Under the pieces are notes generated by a model. It was not told the DNA's origin. It worked only from the letters and a program-made list of their open reading frames with translations, and searched no databases. Shown piece by piece: positions 12,622-24,560 of a DNA stretch of 64,000 bases. Made by a program: the position numbers and the translations under genes. The DNA comes from Bilabrum cf. latius. Lineage: Eukaryota. Location: NCBI GenBank assembly GCA_965178125.1, contig OZ237750.1:310001-374000 (forward strand), in the 5' to 3' direction. The stretch's first letter is position 1. Every line of letters begins with the position of its first letter.

Positions 12622-15600
12622 TCACTTGTCTGACAATGCACCCTGCACCTGTTGCAAGAGATTCGCGGCCGCCTTCCCAATGAGCTGCAGAGGCGCTCTC
12701 CCCCGCCTCGCTGCAGCCCTCCCGTCCGCAACAGGTGCAAGCCTATCCTCCATGTCGTGCAGCCTCGCGAACCTCCGCTTGTCCGCAGCGGCCTCCCACA
12801 GGTCAGCCAGCATGCCCAGCAGAGCCCGCAGGTACACCGGGTCGCGACCCACCTCGAGCCGAGCAAACACGGCAGCCACGAACCGCACCGACTGCGACAA
12901 GCGGGCGGCCAGCGGCACGTAAGTCCTGAGCATGCTGCGCAGCGGAGTCATCAGCTGGCTCGCATTGTCCGATTTCCCGCGCCCCGCCGAAAACCGCGGC
13001 CCGCGCTGCTGTGCATCGCGCAGCTGCGATGGCCCGGCAAAGTAGTCCTCCAGAGCCAGCACGGCCGAAGGCTTCAGAAGGGCCTTCCCGATCCGATGCA
13101 CGTCTTGTCCGAGCCACAGCGCGATGGATTGCGCAGCCTGCACCTTCCATGTGTCCTGACTCAGCAGCCCCAACAGCAGCTCGAGCAGGCCCCCCTCCCA
13201 GAGCCGATCCCTGGCCACATCGCCGCTCATCGGCAGGTCGCACAGGATCTTGGTCGCGAAGGTCCATCGGGTGCTCTGCTACAGCACGAAGCGGGAGAGC
13301 ACCTGCACCACGCCATCGCGCACAGCCAGTTGCTGCCCTGCCTGGTTCACCCGAAGCAGCGTCCACAGCGACTGCATGGAAGGGGCCCACAGCCTGCTCG
13401 AATCGAACGTGGAGCCATCGTACATGGCCGGCACAGCCCCCGTGGATGCATCGATCCTGCCTTCGGACGCTCCCCCGCCACGAGACGCCTGCAGCCCTGC
13501 GTGCTGCTGGCTCCCATCTGCAGCGCCGGTGACCCGATCGAGAGCGTGCTGGCACTGGCCCAGGGGCCCCTCCATCCCGAGCACCCGAATGAGGGCGCGG
13601 ATGGCGCCAGCGCGCCGCAGCGGCTCCAGGCACTTTGGTTCCAGGGACAGCGACCGCATGGCTGCGACCGCCCTCTCCACAGTAAACGCGTAGATCGGGT
13701 GGTGAAGCAGGGCGGCGGGAGCGGGCGTGACGGTGCTGACGAGTGCAGCAAGCAGGTCGGGGTCGTTCAGGAGCACCTTGGAGCGGGCGTCTCCGTCAGA
13801 CAAGGTGCACACGATCTCAACGGCTAGTTTTAGCTCCAGGAGGACAGAGTTGACGCGCTGCAACACAGGCAGCGGCAGCCTCTCCCACAGGAAGGAGGCC
13901 TCTTTGGCCGCCTGCTGCGGGCGCGCGCGCATTGTCGCGGCCCTGACAGCCTCGGCCGCCTTGGCCATGGACCCGCGCTTCAGCCAGACCGAGCCCTTGC
14001 GGGACTCGTGGATGGACCGATGCAAGCGGGCGGATGGCTGACGGCCAATCGATGAGCGGTCGGCTTTTGCTGTGCCGTCGGCTGATCCACCATTCTCTCC
14101 TTGGCTCTCACGGGCGCTGCTGCCGCTCCCATGGGACGAACCTTGTGAAGCCACGGCGCCTCCATACCGGCCCATGTCTGCGCTGCCGAGGCTGGCGCGG
14201 ATGTCGCGCATGGCGTCTGGCATCCACTCGTTCTCAGGCCCGTCGCTGTCGATATCCTCGCTGTCATCGGAGGTCTGGCCCCGGCCATCCGCAGCCGACT
14301 TGGTCGATTCTCCCACGTCTCCGCTCTCCTTCGCTTCGTCGAATTCCTTGTCCCAGTCGAGCTCCCGTTGCTCGGCTGCCTTCCTCCTCCGGATGTCCCG
14401 TGCCACTGCGCCAGCTGCACAGATGGCGTTCACTGCAGACACATCCACAGGGTCGGCATCGTCGTCCAAATCTCCGGGCGACGCGCCAGCCGCTCTCTCC
14501 TGCTTGCTCATCTCTGCGGGTGCGCTCTCCTGTCTCGAGTGAAGGGGTGGCACTACAACCCCGCCCGTGATGCTGCCCCGCCGGCCCCTCGGCCCCTTGG
14601 CTCGCCTGGCATAGAACTTGCGGTACTGGTCCGGGGACACGCAAAGGAACCGCAGGTGAGGCCCGGGAAGGTGCTGCTGCACCGTCGATGTGGCAGTCGC
14701 CACCGACCCTGGGCTGCGGCTGTTGCGCTCGCTGCCGGCTCTCAGCACTGCATCGCGCTGGAGCCTGCTGGGCGAGGTGGCGACCTTTCTCGCCCCGACC
14801 TTCCGCGCAACCGAGCTGGTGGGCTTGCTTTCAGCCTCTCGGTTCGCAGCAGCAGTGGCGATGGGCGGCAGCTTTGCAGGAGTACGCTTGGACGTTGCTG
14901 CTGAAGCCACCGGCTTGCCGGCGATGGCTCGCCGGGTCCTCGACGCCGCCAGCTTCTTCTTGGGCTTCCTGGACTTGAGAGCGCCTGCGGCAATTGCTGA
15001 GCTGAGCGCGTTGCACACGTAGAGGAACGAGGACCGGATTACGCTGCGGAGCACCGGCACGGCACCCGCAGCCGCGACCACGTGCCTGAGCTGATTGCCC
15101 GTGATGGCCTCCCGTTTGAGCGTAAAAACGCGCGCAAGGCCCCGGAGACCCACCTGCAGCAAGAGCTGCTCCGTCGGCTCCTGCTCGATGACTTGATCGA
15201 GGGGCAGGCCGGGAGGGGGCGGCGTGGCCTCGCCGTCCTTGAGCTCCGACACGATGGCATCCAGCGCCGCAAATTCAGAGTCGGACATCTGCGTCGCAAC
15301 GGCAGCCTTCCAAAGCGCCTTGCCCTGCCTCGCGGTCACGCCAAACCTGGTCATGTCTCGCGCCGTTGCGCTCACCACGCTCACTGCATCGCCTTGAGAC
15401 ACGACGCTCCGGCTCCCAGCACCGTCGTGGGAACCTTCGCCTCCTGACTGGGTGCTGCGGTCCTCGACCTCGCCACCCTCCCCTTGCCGTTGGTGCTCGA
15501 GCGCGGCCGGCGCATCCGGATCGATAGGGTCCTGCAGGCGCTGCTGCTCGTCCTCCTGCATGAGCGGGTCAAGGACAATGCCGGGGTGCAGCAGGCGCAC

Positions 15601-18600
15601 GAATGCCTGGACCCCGCCTGATGTGACCAGCAGCTGCAGGATTGATTTCTTGCTGTGGGCGAGGACGTGGGCGATGGCTGCGCACTCCCTTCTCACGCTG
15701 AGCGGGATCACCGGGTCCATCATGCGGCTGATTGGCTCCACTGCACCCACCACGCACGCAAGTTCCTGCACGTCTACCGAATCGCGCACCAGGTCAAACA
15801 GCACCCGCAGCAGCACCACTAGGCAGTCACAGGACAGCAGCATGGCCTCCTGCTGCTCCTCCGTCGTGGCGCTAGCAGCACCGCGCGCAGCAGCGGCCCC
15901 GCCCGGGACTCTAGCCCATGGGTGCATCAGCGCCACCAGCTTTGCCTCCTGCTGTGTGATCCTCGACAGGACCGGGAGCAGCCCAACCGTTCTGACAATC
16001 GTGCTCGCATTGACTCCGCGAGCCCGGGCTTGTGCTCGATGCACGGCTTGCTCCGACTGCCCCCGGTCTTCCGCCTCGCGAGCAGCCTCCGCCGCGGTTT
16101 CCTGCATGACGTCCTGGATATCGATCCCGATGTCGATGATCGACTCGGCGTCATCTCCGTCCACCGTGTCTAGTTCCTTGATGTAGGTCTCGCCCTGCTT
16201 CGCCAGCTTGTTCAGCCTGGCCCGCAGCCCGAGAGTGTCCAGCTCTTCCGAGTATTCCACAGTGTCCGGCGACTCGTTGCTTCCTGTCGATCCCTCCGTA
16301 ATCGTCGCCTGAATCTGCTGGGCACGGCCCTATGCCACAGAGATGGACCGCCGCCGCCTGTGATGCGTGGACCTGGACCGTGCCCCGGCATCCGTGCCGC
16401 TGGCCGCCCCGCTCTCCGCCGAACCGTCAGACGCTATCCTAGTCCCCTTTCTGACCCGTGACACGGCACGTGACCGATGACCCTGTCGGCCCGGATCACC
16501 CGCAGCAGCACCCGCGCCCGCCCCTGCAGCCCTGGCGAGGTTCCTGTGTGACCCATGCTTCTAGGCCTTCGCAGCGTCCTCCTTCGCTGCCTCCTCCAGT
16601 CCGACTGAAAGCCGCCTTGGACGAATCTCCTGGCTGCTCACTCCGCCAGGGCTTGCCTTCAGCTGCGAGCCGGTACGGGCTACCGACAGTCTGCTGCGAA
16701 GCGATGCTGCTGAAAATGCCCCGATTCCCTGGATATGCGAAATGTCATCGTTCTCTGGGCTACCCGGTGCGTCAGCGGCCGGCTTGCTCCGCTGCTTTGA
16801 ATCTGGCGTAGACTGTGCTGCGTTCGGTTTAGAGCCCGCTTTCCCGCCGTTTCTCTTGAAGCCCGCCAGCGATATCTTGGATTCCTTGGCGCCCACCAGC
16901 GGTGGCAGGCTAGGGGATAGTGCCACAGCATCGCCGGAGAATCCCCCCTTGTCCTCATCGCTGTCGCTGTCTGCCATGGCGGCCAGTGCGTCTGACGTAG
17001 CGGCGTTCGCGCCGGACGATTTCCGCCTGGCCTTTTCTTCATCGCTGTAGCTGTGTTTGTTCTCGCCATCTTCATCGCTGTCCGCCATGGCGGCCAGCGC
17101 GTCACGAGCCGCGGCATCCGACTTGCGGGATTTGCTGGCTCCACGCAGGGACACGGCGACTGTGGGGGGCTTTGGCGGGGTCTTGCCAATCTTCGAGAGC
17201 CGCCCGAGGTCACCCGCAAGCACGCTCTCTGGCAGGCGAGACACACGGCGAGCGAGCGCGATACTGCTGCGACCACCAGAGGACCTGTCCGAGACCTTGG
17301 CCGCAGCAACAGCCACGTCGCCCCAGTCCTGGTCCTCCGCATCATCGCTCGCGAACCGCAGGTCTGCCGGAGCGTCCGCGCCACCCTTGCTACCGAACAG
17401 GCCACGGTCCTCCGTCCCTGCCCTGGACCGCACCGTCACCTTCGCTTTGCTCGCATGAGACCGCAGGGCGGCCATGGCGGCCATATCCCCGTCTTCATCG
17501 GAGCTCGAACCATCCTGCCCATCGGGGTCATCCATCGACTGGAAGGGTCTGCGCGATGCTGGCGCAGCCCCGTTGCCGCTTGCAAGTGCACCGACCGCAG
17601 GGGTGGGCTCCCCTGCCTCTGCAAGTGCCGCCTCGAACTCGTCCATCGGTCGGATGCCGTGCCGCGGCGATCGCACGATCTTGCCCTGGGCCGCATCTCT
17701 CTGCAAACGAGCCAAAGGAGTGTCGGATGCATTGATCTTCAGCCTGCCCTGTCGACCGCTACTGTCTGGAAGCTTGGGTGCTGCTGCAGGAGGCAGCTTG
17801 ACACCATCGTTGGAACCGCTGCCCCCTTTGCGGGCCTTGCTGCCGGGCAGGGAGAGCTTGGCCCCCACGGCAGGAAGCTTGCCCAGGGCCGCGGCGTGGT
17901 CCAACACGCTGTCATCTTCATCTTCGTCGTCCTCCTCGGCAAATGCCCTCAGGTCAGCAATCGTAGCGGGGTCTTGCACGGTCGCAGAGCGATCGTGATT
18001 CGCCTTCTCGCCGCTTGCAGGACCGTCTTGTTCGATGTCCTTGGCATCATGGGCGCTGCTCGACCTGCCCCTCCCTCCCTTGCCACCTTGCTTGTGCGCG
18101 TCCAGCAGATGGACGAGGGCCCCGAGGTCCTGAGCCACCTTCCATTCCTTCATGTCTTTCTTCGTCAGGGTGCGGATGCCCTAGATGGCCTTCCGCTTCG
18201 TCCGGCGGATGGGCCTGCCAGCCACCTGTGTGACCGTCTCACCGGTGGGGAACTCCCCAGCGCTGTACCCGTTTCCTTCTCCGAACGCATCGAACGCATC
18301 GTCCACGCCCGTGGCCTCCTCCAAGCTCGCCTGATCCTCCTCGTCAGTACCAGACGTGCCCCCCACCGTTGATGCATCCCTCGATCCGATGGTTCCGTCA
18401 TCCAGGTCGCTGTTCGTGTCTCCCTCCTCGGCCTGATCTTCGTACATGCCCTTGAAGGTCTGCAGCAGCGCAGCTTTTGCTTGCTGTTGCAAAGCGACCG
18501 TCTGGCTCAAGCTCACGTCGTGCCTTGTTCCGTTCCCGCCTTCCAAGCCGTGATTCCTCACCGCTCGCCACACGGTGCTGGCTCCAGCCCTGTGCCCGGG

Positions 18601-21053
18601 AATCATTCCCTCAGTGTCCAGCCCACCAGCGACCAGCGGCGTCTCTCCATCGCCATCCGATGCCTAGCGAATGGCCCCGGGCGCGAAGCTGAACTTCCTG
18701 AGCCGGGAACGCAACACGTGGGCAGGCGTGGGAGCAGCAGCTGCGCCGCCCACTCCGACAGTTGCCCGCCTCACACCGCTCGAGGCCGTACCAGACGGCA
18801 GGGCGCGAGATCCGCCAGAGGAGACCCCATCTGCAGGGCCATCGTGGACAGCCAGAGGAGGAAGCCTAGGGGGCGCGATCCTCCTGGACCCCGATGGTTT
18901 ATGGGCGCCCTGGTGCTGCCCCGCGGCGGTGGTCCTACCCTTCGCAGCGACGGCCTTGGTTGCCTGCTGCAACGAGGTCAGCAGGTCACCGTCGGAGTCC
19001 TCTGACTCGCTGCTGTCCCCGTCATCCGCTGCCAGTTTTCGGAGCATGCTGTCTGTGTCGCCATTCTCCCCGGCGCCATTTCCGCTCTCGGTCAGCGAGC
19101 GTCTAGCGCCCTTCCTGCCTGTTCCCCCCCCCGCTCCCTCCCCATCGGACTCGGAATCTGAAATCTCCACGTCATCCCACATGGACGGATCCAGCGCCCT
19201 GCCCGGGGTGTACCCGGATGCGTGCTCTCCGTTGCCCCCTGCCCCCCTCGCCCCGGCAGCGCTGCCGGCCCGGCCGCCCGAGCCCGAGCCATCCCCCGCC
19301 CTTGGTAACCTGCCCGGCGAAGGCCCGTCTCCGCCATCCGTAAGCCTCCTCCTCGTACCACCAGGAGTGTTCAGTCCGTCCAGTCCGGAACCAGAACCGC
19401 GCCTCCCGCCCCTCAAAGCAGCCGCGGTGGCTGCACTCAGGTCTTGCCTGCTGCCAGGTAACAGGGAACCGCCCCTGCTGCGCCTGTCCCGAATCAGCCG
19501 CATGCTGGCGCCCCTGTCTCGTGCTAGCGACAGGCGCTGCTGGGCGGCGGTTATCCTGCGCTTCCTCGCAGCCGCGCTGTTTCCCGAGTCACCGGCGCCG
19601 GCGCCGGCTGGTCCTGACTTGGGCGTGGCCCGGCCTCCCCTGCCCTTGAGCAGTGCGGCTGCCCCAGTCCGCTTGCGAGCACCGCTGTTCCCTGTGCCCC
19701 GAGCACCCCGGCCTCGCCCTATGCCATCCGCCTGGGACTCGTCACCGGCACCGCTTTTGCCACCCTCCACGACTACAAGCGTTGATCCCGCACCGGGGGT
19801 CCCGTCGGCTGCTGCCGCCTCCGAGCTGGCACCGTCACCTGCCCGCCCGTGCCTTGCGGTTGCAACCGATTCAGCAGCGGCCCCTCCGGCCCCAGCACCG
19901 TGTCCCCCAGCCGCACTGGGTGAGTGCAGGGGCCTCGGAACAGCATCCCTCTGGTCTAAACCCTCCTTCAAGGGGTGCAGGATCCAGGGATGCTGCAGCA
20001 GCTGGGAGGCGGTGGACCTCGCGGCGGGGTCTCTCTGGAAGCACCTCGACAGGAAATCGAGGCAGAGAGGGCTCAGCTCTACGTCTGTGACCTGCTCTGC
20101 CGGCGATTTCTTGTCCTGAACGATGTGAAACATGGCGGACAGCGGGCTCAGGTGGTAGTAAGGGGGGTTGCCGGTGAGCAGCTCGATGACTGTGCAACCC
20201 AGGGACCAGATGTCGCACGCGGGCGAACTGGCTCCGCTCTTGAGCTCGATGGTTTCCGGTGGTAGCCAGTATGGGGATCCCGCCACTTCCGGGTCGTTGC
20301 TGGGCTCCTCCGGCGGCGGTTCCGCAGCGGCGCCTCGCCCGCCTCGCTTCCTGCGGCGCGCCGCCCGCTTTCTGGCGTTGGGGCCCCGAACAGCTGCCGA
20401 TGGCTGCTGCGATCGGTCCTCAGCGGCTTTGGCTGCTACCGTGGTGTCAACGCCGCTGGAGTGCGAGTGCATGGACATCGCCAGCCCGAAATCCGCAAGC
20501 TTGACGACGGCCGCTTTGGTGAGCAGCAGGTTGCCGGCCTTCACGTCGCGGTGCACAACGCCCTGAGTGTGGAGGAACTTCAGTCCGCGGAGCACCTACG
20601 CTACGTAAACCGCAGTCAGCGTTTCGGAAAGAGCGCCAAAACTCTCGACCATGCTGAGCAACGAGCCGCCCTCAACGAACTCAAGCACGATGTAGAAATT
20701 ACCTCCTTCCGTTGCAACGTCGATGTACCGGACAATATTGTCGTGATCAAGTTCCCCAAGCAGTTCCACCTCGCCTTTGATCTCTTTAAGGCCTTCTGGG
20801 GACACTTTTGCGAGCGAGATTCTCTTGATCGCAACAATATATCCCTTGACGCCATCGAATGCCTTGAATACCGTGCCGAACCCACCCTTGCCTATCTATT
20901 TTCCAAGTCTCTGCGATTATGAGCGTATCAAATCAAGCCATACGACCGCATGTACGACACACACAGGTCGAAGGGTACCATGCGAGCCGTGCAGTAACTT
21001 ACGAAACGGCCTGCAACGACCTGCACGGGGCCATTCTGAGGCACTGCAGCCAT
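12622..21053 (-). CDS. SepA/Cdc7/MAP3K-epsilon-type STE kinase with C-terminal ARM/HEAT-like region (~2779 aa with TAG=Gln)
   Basis: ATG at 21053 and intron 20911-21002 (GTAAGT..TCGCAG). Kinase motifs: IGKGGFGTVFK, VAIK, HRDVKAGNLL, DFG, GSPYWLPPE, DIWSLGCT. The C-terminal ILCDLPMSGDVARDRLWEGGLLELLLGLLSQDTW..AQSIALWL resembles the MAP3K-epsilon/SepA tail. Seven in-frame TAGs (20896, 20596, 18664, 18181, 16561, 16330, 13279); ends at TGA 12622-12624. Confidence 0.88.
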
Positions 21054-21462
21054 AATTGGATACAAACAAGTTCAGCAGCCCCCCTTTAATCGCACAGTAA
21101 AAATTAAGGCCTGTTGTGCGGCTCTTGCGCACCAACTGAACTTCGGTTGCAACCTATTTTCCCAGTCGCCGCGCAACGGAACCAACCAGCAGGTCGCAAC
21201 GGACGGGGATCCTTAGTCTTGGACGCTTGCTAGAGCGTGAGAGGGTAAGTGCCATGCGAAGTGTAACTTGCGTCTAATAGAGATTTTGATCGGTTTCAGG
21301 GTCCAGCGGCAATTGTTTAGGACCGCGTAAAGTAGCATCATTCGTGTTGCCGTTGCACCAATTGGATGTGTATGGCTCAATCCCGATTTGTTGGCAGTAT
21401 ATGTGCTCGCAATTGTGTAAGGTGCTAACAATATTTTCGTCTAGATGCACTGCAGGAGCACC

Positions 21463-24162
21463 ATGGCGAGGCATGCCGTTGTAGGTGGCATTGGCAGTCT
21501 AGCAGCGAGGGCCGGCGACGAAGACATTTATGGCGGGTTCATGGACGGCGATGCGGCAAGTGGTGGCGCCGGTGGATTTGGGGGCGGTAATCAACAGCTT
21601 GGCGCAATTAGAGGGTGAGTGTTGTCTCGGTCCATGCCGCGCAGGCAGTGCATCCAGTTCGGAGCAATTTCGCCTCAGACTAGCGATAAGCTAACGCTCG
21701 AAGCGATTAGTACCCACAGCAGTTTACACTCTAGCGTATTTCTTGATCGATCGATCCCTCGCAGGATGGGAGCAGCCCCGCCGTCGGGAATCGGCCGCAT
21801 GCCGACGGGAGCTAGGACCGGCGCGGGTGGAGCGCCAGGGGGCGGCGACGCTCGGCCGATGACGAGCGTGCAAGGGGCTGGCTTCTCCAGCAAGGGCCCT
21901 GGAGCTGGCGGCAAATTCAACCCTATGGGCGCGGCTGGCGCCGCGGGCGGCCCTCCCCCTCCTTTGGCCCAGAAGGAGGATTCCTCCCCGCAGGATAAGG
22001 CCAAGGCCATGGAGAGGCGAGTGCACGAACTGATCGAATCGGCCGCTCTCGCACAGACCAAAGGAGAGGCCGTGATGGCTCTTGAGCGCGCCAGGGAGGC
22101 CGGCCGGAAGGAGAGGCAGCTGACCCGATTCCGTGACCAGCACAAGCTCAGGGACCAGGTCAACCTGGACCTGACCTTTAGCGTGTGCTTCTGCCTCGCG
22201 CAGGCGTATGCCATGAATGACATGCACGATGAGGCCCTTCAGTCCTTTGGGCTCGTAGCGAGGAACAAGCACTACAAGATGAGCGGCAGGATGAGGGTGA
22301 ACATGGGCAACCTGCACTTCAAGCTCAAGCAGTACACACAGGCCATCAAGCAGTACAGGATCGGGCTGGACCTGGTCAAAGATGACCACAAGAAGCTGCG
22401 GGCTTCCATCTTGCGAAACATCGGCTGCGCGTTCGTCCGGATGGGCCAGTTTCAGGACGCCATCCGCAACTTTGACGAGGCTCTCCAGGCCAGCACTGCC
22501 ACCGCGGCTGTGGCAGCCGTCAACAAGTACGACGACGATTTCCAGTGCGCGTTCAACCTGATCGTGTGCTACTACGCGCTGGGCGACAGGGAGCTCATGA
22601 AGCGGTCGTTCCAGAGGCTGGTGGAGCTGCAGCCGCCGGGTCCTGCGAAGGATGACGACGAGGACGAGGATGATGGCGAGGACGAGGATGATGGCGACCA
22701 CGGCGTGACCAAGACGCCAAAGGACGATCTCTTCGAGTATGAGGGCAAGAGGAGGGACGCTGCCGTGAGGTACATCACGCGGGCGTCCATGCTGCTGGCT
22801 CCCAGGCTCTTCGAGGACTCTTGGGTGCAGGGGTACGAGTGGGTCACGCAGCAGCTCAAGGACGACTACCCGACGGTTGCCTCGGAGCTGGAGATTGCCA
22901 GGGCGCTCGCTCACCTGCGCGCCAGGCAATTCGATAGGGCCATCGAGCTGCTTCGGGCCTTCGAGAAGAGAGAGACGGCGCTTAGGGCCAAGGCAGCCAC
23001 CAACCTCGCTTTCTTGTACTATCTCGAGGCCGAGCACGAGCTGGCCCACAAGTACGCCAGCCTTGCAGTGAGGCACCAGAGGTACAACGCGAAGGCGCTG
23101 GTCAACATGGGATGCTGCCTGTGCGAGCGCAACGAGTTGATGAAGGCCAGGGAGCTCTTCCTAGAGGCGATCGGGGTGGAGGCCGACTGCGCGGAGGCCA
23201 TCTTCAACCTGGGTCTCGTGCACAAGCAAGTGGGCGCGCTGGGTGAGGCGCTGCAGGCTTTCGACAAGCTGCACACCATTGTTCCCTCATCTCCAGAGGT
23301 GCTGTACCACATCGCCAACATCTATGACATGCTGCAGCAGTACCCCAGCGCGGCCAGATACTTCTCCATGCTGCTGACCAAGGTCCCGACAGACCCGACC
23401 GCGCTGGCACGGCTGGGCCAGATCCACAGCAAGGAGGGCGATGAGGCCCAGGCCTTCCATTACCACCTGGAGTCATACAGGCATTTCCCGGTGGATCTGG
23501 ACGTCATCCGAAACCTGGGCGTGTGGTTCGTCAACACGGAGGTGTACTGGAAAGCGATCCGGTACTTCCGGCAGGCGGCGGCCGTGGCGCCGAAAGACGT
23601 CAAGTGGAGGCTCATGATCGCCTCCTGCTACCGCAGAATGGACGCGAGCGCGGAGGCCCTGGAGACGTACAAGCAGGTGCACCGAGATTTCCCCGACGAC
23701 ATCGAGTGTCTCGAGTACCTTGTGATGCTGTGCCGAGACATGGGGAGGGAGGCGGGGGAGTATGAGGACAGGCTGCTGAGGCTGCAGCAGAGGAGGGCCG
23801 CTATGGGTGAAGATGAAGATGAGGAGTCGGGGGCGTACGACGGTCACGATGGGGAGGATATGGCGGCGTCCCCTGCACGGGGGGGTGCCACCCAGGGGAT
23901 GGGCAGCCCCCAGGGGATGGGTGGGGGGGGCTATGTCCCCATGGCAGCCGACGATAGCTATGACATGAGTGGGTCCGGTGCTGGGCCGGCTTCCGGTGCA
24001 GGGGCTGGTGGTGGCTCCGCAGCTCCGTCCGAGGCAGCTTCTCCCGCCCGGTTCGCTGCTCCCGGCGAAGGATCAGCCAAGGTGCAGCAGCAGAGGTCTC
24101 CTGGCGGCGGCAGAGACGATGACTTTGGCGACGAGGACTTGAGTGGCTTGCTTGATGACTGA
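21463..24162 (+). CDS. IFT88: Intraflagellar transport protein 88 (TPR repeats)
   Basis: N-terminal GDEDIYGGF, intron 21615-21764 (GTGAGT..TCGCAG), then RPMTSVQGAGFSS, NLDLTFSVCFCLA, GRMRVNMGN, AATNLAFLYYLE, RYNAKALVN, EAIFNLGL and VKWRLMIASCYRR. Ends in TGA. The exact start is uncertain (a small upstream exon is possible). Confidence 0.95.
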
Positions 24163-24560
24163 TTGTTCTAACGAGACCGCAGGCTTTCCGCTGGGTTCGC
24201 CACTTTGAAACTGGCTCGAAGCGCGTCACCCGCGACCATGCACTGCAGCTGCCTCACCGGCTTTTTGTCTCTCTGTCAGCAGTAGGACTATCTGCAATGA
24301 CAGGTCCGAAAAATACCATATCACCCCTACTTGGATAGACGATACGTTATTGATTTGAGATGCCGTAAGCTTTGCTGAAAAGTGGAACATTGACTGCTGC
24401 TTTCACGCTACCTCTGACCAATGCATCCCAAGGCAGTCTTCATGCTTGCGCAGCCTTACCGCCAATTCACATGGACTACCAAGTGGTAACCAGTGGAGCA
24501 TGTTAGTAATATGACTGATTATGTCTTTCCCAGCTCTCGAAATGCTTCACATAGGCCTCT

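Noticed and set aside
12652-23076. Long antisense or alternate-frame ORFs (e.g. 12652-13827+, 17053-18372+, 18671-20119+, 21724-23076-; also 56109-58037-)
   Set aside because: These are shadow ORFs of GC-rich real genes and show no recognisable motifs.
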